Shown in pieces: positions 50,724 through 58,790 of a stretch of DNA of 64,000 nt. The translations under genes and the position numbers were made by a program. The stretch is taken from positions 14,678 through 78,677 of IMG/VR virus record IMGVR_UViG_3300014914_000004; one strand, 5' to 3'. The notes under the pieces are model-generated. The model saw only the letters and a list, made by a program, of their open reading frames with translations, was not told the DNA's origin and did not search any database. This DNA comes from a virus. Each line of letters opens with the position of its first letter. Position 1 is the first letter of the stretch.

Positions 50724-51831
50724 ATTTCTGCACTGCAGCGTTGTACACAGACTTAAGCTGCTGTCCTTTGCCGGAATGTATTTGTTCCATGTAGTTTATT
50801 CGCCCTAAGAGCCACCAACGCAGCTCTTCTTCTGAGTCTTTGCCTGCTCTGGAACATTGGGATTCAAAGCCGTGCTTCCAGCAGTTGTAGGTTAAGGATC
50901 TGACAGAGATGTACTGATCTCTTGGGATATTCGTATGGGTGTTAAACACCGCTCCCAGCAATGCCTTACGGTGGCGTCCATCCCATATGCGGGTTTTGGT
51001 GTGGTTTACGGCGTAACCGCTGCGAGTACACACGTTCATCAGCTTGTTAAGAATTGCCATTCTTTTGTAGTAAGAGAACCTCTTGCCACAAGTGAATGCC
51101 AGGTCATCGGCGTATCGCGTGTATTTCCATGCGTATTCTCCTTCCAGACCCTGTTCTTTATTCAGGTCATCTATGAGTGCGAGCATCGGAGTATCTAGCA
51201 TCCAGTCCGCAACTAAATTGCAGATAGCACCGCTGGCAGGGTTACCTTGCGGTACCCCTGAGAACTGGTAGCCGGAAGAATCTGTGAACGCGTAGACTGT
51301 GACCAGGGACGCCAGGAGATCAGATACGTAATGGCTGTACCCGATCACCTGCTTGAAGTACTGGCGTATCCATACTCTGCGTGTACTGGGGAAGAAGTTC
51401 TTCAGGTCGAGATTGAAGTATGTGCCTCTGTGCGGGCAGTCATGTTCCGTTCCCGGAGGAGCTGTATCGCAGATAGGGCACTCAGGGACATGCTGTTCCA
51501 CTGCCATTTGCGTTGAGCGCCCTTCACGATAAGCGGTTACGTGGTCCCCTAGCTGTTTCTGAAGAGGATTGAGAAGGCGCTCGAGGATCCTCTTTCCGAA
51601 AAGTTTCATCACCTTATCGGGAGCATGTATTACCCTGCTACCTCCAGACTTTTTAGGGATTGTTAGTCGAGTATACAGTTCGTCTTTGCGCGTGATTGCG
51701 TACCAGAGAATCCTGGTATTAAAGCCCAGGAAAAAAGCCAGAGTGCAGTCGTCGATCAGAAAGGGCATGTCTTCCGGGATATCAGGTGTTTTAATCATGA
51801 CGACTTCTGTGTTAGAGAACCCGTGTGTCAT
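50692..51831 (-). CDS. Retron-type reverse transcriptase
   Basis: IPKKSGGSRVIHAP, LDLKNFFPS, GVPQGNPASGAICN, YTRYADDLAF, NHTKTR, LLGRINY thumb; no maturase or endonuclease domain. Confidence 0.9.
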   Translation of the reverse strand: MTHGFSNTEVVMIKTPDIPEDMPFLIDDCTLAFFLGFNTRILWYAITRKDELYTRLTIPKKSGGSRVIHAPDKVMKLFGKRILERLLNPLQKQLGDHVTAYREGRSTQMAVEQHVPECPICDTAPPGTEHDCPHRGTYFNLDLKNFFPSTRRVWIRQYFKQVIGYSHYVSDLLASLVTVYAFTDSSGYQFSGVPQGNPASGAICNLVADWMLDTPMLALIDDLNKEQGLEGEYAWKYTRYADDLAFTCGKRFSYYKRMAILNKLMNVCTRSGYAVNHTKTRIWDGRHRKALLGAVFNTHTNIPRDQYISVRSLTYNCWKHGFESQCSRAGKDSEEELRWWLLGRINYMEQIHSGKGQQLKSVYNAAVQKYDKNKTHPTA

Positions 51832-52409
51832 CTTGCGCCCCCTTGCTGTTCACATTTTCCAGTTCCAGGAACGCATTTTCCTGCCTGATATTCTAAAATG
51901 TGATCACACACTGCGCAGAGTAGTGCGATAGTACGCTCTGGAGTATGCAGTTTTATCGATGGCATCTCTGCACGCGTATTGGCGTAGGGGCGCATTGCTC
52001 CGCTGTGAACGTACTGGAGATGTTTGACGCCTACGTTTCGTATGTTTTCCGGACGGCAATGCTGCTTTATTTGAGTAGGTACGACCATCGCCCAGCCGCT
52101 CCAGTCGGTATACTTTCCACCTTCGAAAAAGTTGTATGTCTTAGTGGGCGTAGCAGTTTCTGTGCTGCTATCTCGGTGCAGCGGTACTTTCCGCACGTAC
52201 TCCACGTGAACTTGGTTCAGTGCGTCTAGGAGGGGTATCGTGAGGGGCATCTCGAGGCAGTAGGGAAACATCCGAGGAATTACGTGTACTTTCGTTTTCG
52301 GTACAAGGTACACCCTGTCATACGGAAAGACGTGGAAGGAGTCGGACAATACTCTCCGTAATGACTTGAGCAGTTTACGGCGTATTTTTACGCAGTAGAT
52401 TGTTGTCAT
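51828..52409 (-). CDS. Hypothetical protein with C-terminal Cys cluster
   Basis: GGAGG SD; CAVC and CVPGTGKC; ATGA overlap with the RT. Confidence 0.6.
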   Translation of the reverse strand: MTTIYCVKIRRKLLKSLRRVLSDSFHVFPYDRVYLVPKTKVHVIPRMFPYCLEMPLTIPLLDALNQVHVEYVRKVPLHRDSSTETATPTKTYNFFEGGKYTDWSGWAMVVPTQIKQHCRPENIRNVGVKHLQYVHSGAMRPYANTRAEMPSIKLHTPERTIALLCAVCDHILEYQAGKCVPGTGKCEQQGGAR

Positions 52410-52412
52410 GGA

Positions 52413-53963
52413 TCACCCTCCTATCTGGAGTGTTCTTACCATGTCAGGATGTGTTTTCCCTGAAGGGGTAATTGCCCATATGAGAGGGGCCGGAGGTGAC
52501 AGTTCTGGAATAGGACCGCCTTTATCTGAGGATATCGGGGCATACCCATCGGTGAATATAATCACCAGATCCGCAGTAGGTACCCTCTCGGTTATCCTGT
52601 CTGCATCTTCCAGCCAATCGTCCTCTGTATCTGTTCCCAATACCCGCCTAAGTACTGAATTGAATTGTGTTCCTCCGTACCCGTAACGGCGCATCCCTTC
52701 GGGAGAGTCGGTAAAGGCGCTGCTATCGGAGGAGAGTAGCTCCTCTTGCTGGATAGCATGATCGAATGCGATGAAGCGGGCGGATACTCCTTCTTCTGCG
52801 CGCAGTATGCCTGCAATCTCTCCCATGAACTGTATATACTCAGTATCCGAAACTGACCCGGAGGTATCTACGCACAGATCAATGTGGAACGTCATGTCTC
52901 GCTGGTAGAAGGGGTAAGGCTCTATGAGGTCCGCTTCCAGGTGCGCGAGCCCTGCGTTGGGCATAACGGTGCTCTCACGAAGCTTTGCCGATATGGATGA
53001 CTTGAGCATCCCACGCAGTACTACTTCCCACGGAATCGTAGGTTCTTCCAGTAGCGCGTCTATCAGGTGCTGCAGATGCCCAGGGATAACACCCCGGCCT
53101 TTGTGTGTCTGCTCTACCGCAGAATTGACTATGCGCTTTCCTTCACGCTTAGCCTGCTCAATAGCTCGTTCGATCTCGGACTCGGTCATACCCTCGACTA
53201 TATCCAGGTGGGATATGTGGCCCGGAGCCTGCTGTCTCAATAGATCCCGGAACCATGACGGGACGCTCTCGTCTTGCATCATCTGTTCGCTTACGTTCTG
53301 AGGAGCCTTCTCCTCTTTCTCTTCTTTCTCTTCGTCAGAGCCTCCAGAACCCTTTGACTCTTTCTCCTCCTCAGAATCACCGGAATCACCGGAACCTCCC
53401 GCATCAGGACTACTTTGTGCGCCTTTGAATTCTCCTATCCGATAGGCATCTACGTCGAAGCCGTGCTCTTGTAGATCTTCAATAAGGAGCGCGGTGTACT
53501 CTTCGAATGTTTTGTTCTTGGGGTAGTCCCTTTGCTCAGGCCAAACCAGAGGCTTAGCCACGTCTCCAAAGTAATCGCGATTCTGCTCCACAAATGGGCG
53601 TAGCGCCACGTCATTCACTGCCATATCCATGGCGATGTTGAAGATGGGCTCGTATCGCTTGTACTGCTTATGGTCATCAAAGTGTACCATGTACCGAAAC
53701 ACTCTCGGTATGTGTTCCAGGACCAAGTGCGCAGCTTCGTGCACAACTACCAACACTTGGAACGCTCTTGGCTGAGCCGTAAACCATTCCAGGTCGTATA
53801 GGAATAGGTATTTCCCTTGTGGGGTCAGGGCCACTGCAGCCGTTCCAAGCCCTGGTGTAGGCTTACGGCTACAGCCGTTCAAGATCCTCCCGTAGAGGTT
53901 GTTTCCTCCTCTCGGGCTACAAGCCCACTGAAGGACTTCGCTTAGAGCATTTTGAGTTTTCAT
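52413..53963 (-). CDS. Metallopeptidase-vWA fusion (DUF2201-like)
   Basis: HEAAH, NIAMDMAVN, acidic linker, IPWEVVL, VDTSGS MIDAS, GGT, IFTDG. Confidence 0.9.
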   Translation of the reverse strand: MKTQNALSEVLQWACSPRGGNNLYGRILNGCSRKPTPGLGTAAVALTPQGKYLFLYDLEWFTAQPRAFQVLVVVHEAAHLVLEHIPRVFRYMVHFDDHKQYKRYEPIFNIAMDMAVNDVALRPFVEQNRDYFGDVAKPLVWPEQRDYPKNKTFEEYTALLIEDLQEHGFDVDAYRIGEFKGAQSSPDAGGSGDSGDSEEEKESKGSGGSDEEKEEKEEKAPQNVSEQMMQDESVPSWFRDLLRQQAPGHISHLDIVEGMTESEIERAIEQAKREGKRIVNSAVEQTHKGRGVIPGHLQHLIDALLEEPTIPWEVVLRGMLKSSISAKLRESTVMPNAGLAHLEADLIEPYPFYQRDMTFHIDLCVDTSGSVSDTEYIQFMGEIAGILRAEEGVSARFIAFDHAIQQEELLSSDSSAFTDSPEGMRRYGYGGTQFNSVLRRVLGTDTEDDWLEDADRITERVPTADLVIIFTDGYAPISSDKGGPIPELSPPAPLIWAITPSGKTHPDMVRTLQIGG

Positions 53964-54023
53964 TTTTTTACTTCCTCGTCTATAATTCTTGTTGTTTCAC
54001 TGAAAATGGATGAAGGACTAAAG

Positions 54024-55034
54024 ATGCATAAAATTATCGACCAGACGAATGACGCCGGCCATGCGCTGCTTCGGGTTGTTTTGGATGAGTATCCTCACAT
54101 GCGGGAGATGACTAAAGAAGCAGAGCTGGGAGTACAGGAACTCAGTGACCTGCCGGACCATGCGTTTGCGTGGCCTGGACGCCGACAGTTCCCTATCCAC
54201 AATCGTGAGCATGCGATCATTTCGTACGGCTACAGTAAGCATGCAAGCGCCCTTCCTTCAGATGTAACTGAACGGCTGGACACTGCAGTAGACGCTTACG
54301 ACATCGACACCTCTGCGTTTGAGGCCCCCCTTCAACTCGAGAAAGAAGCATCTAATGAGGAGTGGCTTCTCCCTGAGAAAAGCCGTTTCAGGATTAAGGA
54401 GGCCGCAGATGTTGGGTACGCAGAGGAAGCCCTTCATTCCCGCTACAATGAGCTGGATATAGCAGACCGTGCTACTGCCATGCGTAATCTGGTGAAGGTT
54501 GCTGCGCGATACGCCGTAGAGTTACGCCCCCTCACCCATAAGCTGGGCAGCTTCACTATGACAAGCACCAGGCGTCTGCAGGACTATGTGGCTGCAAGGT
54601 GCTCCGTTGCGACTAAGCTTGGATCAGAGGTGGCACCTGCATATAGTATGCTGGAAAAAGAACTACAGAAACGGGACCCGTACATTGCAGAAACGGTAGA
54701 GCAGGTGAAGGTAGCAAGACTACTGGAAGGTCTCGACAAACAGTCGGGGGTAGATGCGTACTATGCAAAAGGAGTCCCAGATCCTCTCCGTAGTGTATTC
54801 AACACAGAGAAACTGGCCTCGGAACAAGTCCAGATTAACGGTGAGTTTTTTGATAAGACATTGCTGGGTGGGATCCCCGTTACGTTCTGGAAAGATGCTT
54901 TAGGAGATGATGTGGTGTCCGAGATCACAACTGACGGAGAGGTGAGTCCCGACAAGTTGAGCGAAGTGATCATGACTCTTCCTCAGGATGTGAAGACCAC
55001 TTTGGTCACACAGCTAAAGCCTTATAAAAAGTAA
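54024..55034 (+). CDS. Putative head assembly / internal head protein
   Basis: LPDHAFAWPGRRQFPIHNREHA motif; many K-x-A sites; TATAAT and AAGGA upstream. Confidence 0.5.
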   Translation: MHKIIDQTNDAGHALLRVVLDEYPHMREMTKEAELGVQELSDLPDHAFAWPGRRQFPIHNREHAIISYGYSKHASALPSDVTERLDTAVDAYDIDTSAFEAPLQLEKEASNEEWLLPEKSRFRIKEAADVGYAEEALHSRYNELDIADRATAMRNLVKVAARYAVELRPLTHKLGSFTMTSTRRLQDYVAARCSVATKLGSEVAPAYSMLEKELQKRDPYIAETVEQVKVARLLEGLDKQSGVDAYYAKGVPDPLRSVFNTEKLASEQVQINGEFFDKTLLGGIPVTFWKDALGDDVVSEITTDGEVSPDKLSEVIMTLPQDVKTTLVTQLKPYKK

Positions 55035-55786
55035 TGTACGAACCCGTAGATAAACTTGTATCGCATATCCCTACCATGCAGCGGAAGCTTACGAAGACCG
55101 CAGCACAGGAGGAGTATGCCGAACAATTGATGAAGGCTCCCGACAACCATACGGCTGCTGCGTTGTACATGGCAGCCAGGACTGTATACAGTCTGGACAT
55201 CCTCACTTGGGAACCGGAGACTATGTGGCAGACCTTCGAAGGGGACGGCTACATATGGGAAGAAGAGGCCCGCAACAAGTTGCAAGCTGCTATTACCTTG
55301 GTTCTGAATCCCTCTTTCTACTGGGACAGCATTGTATTCCAACAGACTGTACAGGCACTTAACGACCAGCCTTTCGATCCTGAAGCACTTCAGGAGCCTG
55401 CGATAAGCCACATGTGCTGGGCAGTTTATGAGGCTGGAATAATCCGAGGGCTAGACCCTGATGATCCAGAGATGATCCCGGAGTTCGACGAGGACGTACA
55501 GATGTTTACAGCTGTAGTGTTGAAGCGTGCGGGATGTATTTACCCTCCAAAGCCTCTCCGCTATTCTACTGATGCGCTGACCAGCTTGTATCCTGTGGAT
55601 ACTGCACCGATGAAAAAAGATGTCGCCAAAGCTTGGAAAGCTGTAAATCAAAACCGGCTCGAGAGTACTACTTTCTCGGAGACACCGGTAGACGTACAGC
55701 TTACCAAGTTGGCAATTTGCTATCTTTATGTTCGGGAGCGGTCGGAAGATTTAGCTGAGGAGCTGCTAGGCTTTCGCCTTACCTGA
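55034..55786 (+). CDS. Hypothetical protein (late block)
   Basis: TAATG-coupled; LTKTAA near the N-terminus. Confidence 0.55.
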   Translation: MYEPVDKLVSHIPTMQRKLTKTAAQEEYAEQLMKAPDNHTAAALYMAARTVYSLDILTWEPETMWQTFEGDGYIWEEEARNKLQAAITLVLNPSFYWDSIVFQQTVQALNDQPFDPEALQEPAISHMCWAVYEAGIIRGLDPDDPEMIPEFDEDVQMFTAVVLKRAGCIYPPKPLRYSTDALTSLYPVDTAPMKKDVAKAWKAVNQNRLESTTFSETPVDVQLTKLAICYLYVRERSEDLAEELLGFRLT

Positions 55787-57019
55787 TCGGAAATCCTGAT
55801 CCACAGCTCTGTGCGCTTCGTCCATGTTCTTATGGGCTTCCACCCACTCGTCATGTTGGTACATCTCCCGCATCAGATCCTTCAGGTAATCTTCCGACCC
55901 GTTGTCTTCAGCTACCTTGCGAATCGAGTACATTATTGAGCCTGTATTCTCCGTGGGCTGATCCACGATGAACTTCACAAAGTTCTTCGCAGTTCGTGTG
56001 ATGTTGGCAGGACATTTGCTGAACAGAATGCTCAGTACATTCATATTCAGCTCCATCAATACTTCGTTGTTGGAGCTAGATATGAGCTTGTCCACCTTCT
56101 TCTTCACCTTAGAATAACGCTCTAACACGTCCAGGGGGTTGATAGCTGTAGCGCTATCCTTCATGAACGCTGAGATGCTTGATGCTGAGGCCTGCCCGAT
56201 GCTCGAGGCAAACATCAGATAGGCAAAGCTTCCTTCTAGAGGAATCTTTTCTTGCTCAAGGAGGTACGCGTTCATTGAGATTGTTTGGATAGTTGCAGGA
56301 CATACATAGGATTTGTTCGACTCTCTTGCCCTCTTGTTGTCGATCTCGGTAGGCTTCGTTTCGAAATACTCGAGAATAGCCGGATGGCAAGGCTTTCTTC
56401 CTCCGAGAGCCTCGATATCCACGTCCGTGGAGTGGAAGTTCTCCGATGCCGCATGCTTGAGAAACTCTTTGGCACTCGGGATTACATACACGAATTTCAA
56501 TCGGCGACGAAGTGCGGCGTTGTTTTCGATCTGCGTTACGGCGTACTGCTCCGTATTCGGATTCATGGTTGCCACTACTAGAGTATCCTTCGGAAGCATG
56601 TAATCGAACATCTTCCTATCTTCGATCATTGAGAAGAACATAGATATCGCGTGCGCTTGACCCTGGTTCAGCTCGTCAAAGTTTAAGATTACCTTTTCGT
56701 TTTCCCCTGGAAAGATTTCTGGAAGTTTGATCTTGAAGAAGTTCTCTCCCTTGGCATCTTTCACGGACGGTATTCCCGTTCCCATCAGTCCGAAGTGTGC
56801 TGTCCGCACGTCACATACAGTCGCACCCATCTCCTCGGCTACCTGGTGCACGATTTGGGACTTCCCCATACCCGCTTCCCCAACGAGGCACCACACTCCT
56901 CTGAATGCTTTGTGCTCCATGGCGAACTTGAGTTGTTCTTTGATCTCGCTGATGTTCCCCGAAGGGATGTCGTATCTCTCGGCGTAGGACAATGTTTCTT
57001 TCGCTTCTTTTCTTGCCAT
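55766..57019 (-). CDS. MoxR-like AAA+ ATPase
   Basis: GEAGMGKS Walker A, LNFDELN Walker B, ATMNP sensor, ALRRR arginine finger. Confidence 0.9.
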   Translation of the reverse strand: MARKEAKETLSYAERYDIPSGNISEIKEQLKFAMEHKAFRGVWCLVGEAGMGKSQIVHQVAEEMGATVCDVRTAHFGLMGTGIPSVKDAKGENFFKIKLPEIFPGENEKVILNFDELNQGQAHAISMFFSMIEDRKMFDYMLPKDTLVVATMNPNTEQYAVTQIENNAALRRRLKFVYVIPSAKEFLKHAASENFHSTDVDIEALGGRKPCHPAILEYFETKPTEIDNKRARESNKSYVCPATIQTISMNAYLLEQEKIPLEGSFAYLMFASSIGQASASSISAFMKDSATAINPLDVLERYSKVKKKVDKLISSSNNEVLMELNMNVLSILFSKCPANITRTAKNFVKFIVDQPTENTGSIMYSIRKVAEDNGSEDYLKDLMREMYQHDEWVEAHKNMDEAHRAVDQDFRSGKAKA

Positions 57020-57036
57020 ATGATCCTCCTGTTACT

Positions 57037-58662
57037 ATGGTTAGTGCGATGGCACCACTTAGCGCATACTTGAGCGATGTAGCTGAGGCCTGGATCAAAC
57101 TAGACGGTAAAGATTTCCGCTTGGATGATTGGCCAATGCATCGCGCCATATACGACGGTAGGCACTTACGCACCTTGTTAAAGACAAGTCGGCAGGTAGG
57201 TAAGTCTACTACCCTGGCCAACTTTTGCATTGTTGAGTGCAGTCTTATACCTCATTTTTCCTCAATGTTCGTTACTCCCAGCAAGGAGCAGACAGTACGT
57301 TTCTCCAATTCCAGAGTACAGAAGACTATGCGGTACTCTCCTATTATTAACAGGCGCTTTCTGCACCCTGAACTCTCAGACCGTGTGTTCCATAAGCAGT
57401 TCACTAATGGAGCAGAGATGCTGTTTACGTACGCGTTGGACGATGCGGACAGGCTGCGTGGACCCTCCGTAGACCGCACCAACTATGATGAGATACAGGA
57501 CCTGCTGTATGACCCTGTTGTTATTGTAGGGAACGAGACCCTTTCCGAGTCTGACTATCAGTTTGAAACTTACGCAGGTACTCCCAAGACAATGGAGAAC
57601 ACCATTGAGTACTTATGGGAGAAGAGCACGCAGACAGAGTGGGTGATCCAATGTGACGCCTGCAAGAAACATCAGTTTATTGTGTCAGATGCCTGCATAG
57701 GTAAGCGCGGACCTGAGTGTCTGGGCTGTCGGGCACCGCTTAATCCCCGCAACGGGCAATGGATAGACACGAACCCTCCTAAGATTGACCAGATACATCC
57801 AGAAACAATCTTAAAAGGATTCCATATCAATCAGCTGATAATGCCTTCGAATGTTCCTGCTGCTATGCAGGGACAGGGGCCGGACAGGTTGGCTCTTGCG
57901 GAGAAGAGATGGGCCCGTATCCTGCGTAAGTACGAGGAGGCCACCAGCATGGCGGTCTTCAAAAATGAAGTGTTGGGGGTTTCAGACGCGATAGGTGCTC
58001 GTCTTATCAGTCTGGAAGAGCTCGAGTCCCTATGCCTGGGACCAGCCCTCGTACAGTTCCCTGCTGCCCCTGACTTCCAAGGGTACTCCTTACATGTGGC
58101 AGGGGTTGATTGGTCAGGAGGAGGGCAGTCTGGGCTCTCTCGGACGGTATTGTGGATCTGGGGGTTCCGGCCTCATGACCAAAAATTAGTTTGTAAGTAC
58201 TACAAAGTATTCCCTAACACCAACCCCGTACATACCGTAGAGGAGATCGCAACAATCTGTGCGGGCTACGAAGTATCTATGGTAATAGGTGATGCCGGAG
58301 AAGGAATGCTCGCAAACAGTACGTTAGCTACTAAGCTCGGACCGCACAGAGTCCATCAGGTACAGTACGGTGCACAGAAAGAACCTATCAAATGGAACGG
58401 CAGGGACAGATATACCGCAGACAGAACTACCCTCATAGATAACTTCTTCATGATACTGAAGAAGGCTCAAGTAGAGTTTGGGCCTTTGTCTGAAATGCAC
58501 GTAGCTATAGAAGACATTCTTAACGAGTATGAAGAAGTAACCCAGAGTGGCCGCAAGGTGTGGAGACATTCGCCGCAGCGACCGGACGACTGCCTCCACG
58601 CGGCCATCTTTGGATGGGTGGCCCTCAAACTGGTGCAGAACGATATGAAGTTCTACCATTAA
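57037..58662 (+). CDS. terL: Terminase large subunit (lambda GpA-like)
   Basis: KTSRQVGKST, LRGPS, YDEIQD, GTPKT, CxxC pairs, GFHINQL, FKNEVLG, GVDW, PDDCLHA. Confidence 0.9.
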   Translation: MVSAMAPLSAYLSDVAEAWIKLDGKDFRLDDWPMHRAIYDGRHLRTLLKTSRQVGKSTTLANFCIVECSLIPHFSSMFVTPSKEQTVRFSNSRVQKTMRYSPIINRRFLHPELSDRVFHKQFTNGAEMLFTYALDDADRLRGPSVDRTNYDEIQDLLYDPVVIVGNETLSESDYQFETYAGTPKTMENTIEYLWEKSTQTEWVIQCDACKKHQFIVSDACIGKRGPECLGCRAPLNPRNGQWIDTNPPKIDQIHPETILKGFHINQLIMPSNVPAAMQGQGPDRLALAEKRWARILRKYEEATSMAVFKNEVLGVSDAIGARLISLEELESLCLGPALVQFPAAPDFQGYSLHVAGVDWSGGGQSGLSRTVLWIWGFRPHDQKLVCKYYKVFPNTNPVHTVEEIATICAGYEVSMVIGDAGEGMLANSTLATKLGPHRVHQVQYGAQKEPIKWNGRDRYTADRTTLIDNFFMILKKAQVEFGPLSEMHVAIEDILNEYEEVTQSGRKVWRHSPQRPDDCLHAAIFGWVALKLVQNDMKFYH

Positions 58663-58770
58663 TTGCTAAACTAGGATTAATTCGCGGTGGAATTAATCCG
58701 GAATTGCTTTGAACACAGGACGCTTCTTTGAGATGTTACATCTCAGCCGAGAGGTTGGCTCCAATTAATG
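58657..58770 (-). ncRNA. Putative retron-like msr-msd RNA, copy 2
   Basis: 9-bp terminal IR CATTAATTG/CAATTAATG; unpaired G at 58761; SL1 AGCCAA-CCTC-TCGGCT; SL2 GAGAT-GTAAC-ATCTC; perfect 10-bp hairpin at 58674-58699. Confidence 0.7.
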
Positions 58771-58790
58771 TGTTTGAGGGCCACGAAAAC

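Noticed and set aside
50692-51831. RT as part of a DGR or group II intron
   Set aside because: No TR/VR repeat pair with adenine-specific mismatches was noticed; there is no maturase domain or flanking intron RNA; motifs and size fit retron-type RTs.
58684-58691. Hairpin loop GCGGTGG as a Chi-site decoy
   Set aside because: Only a partial match to E. coli Chi (GCTGGTGG), and the host is unknown.
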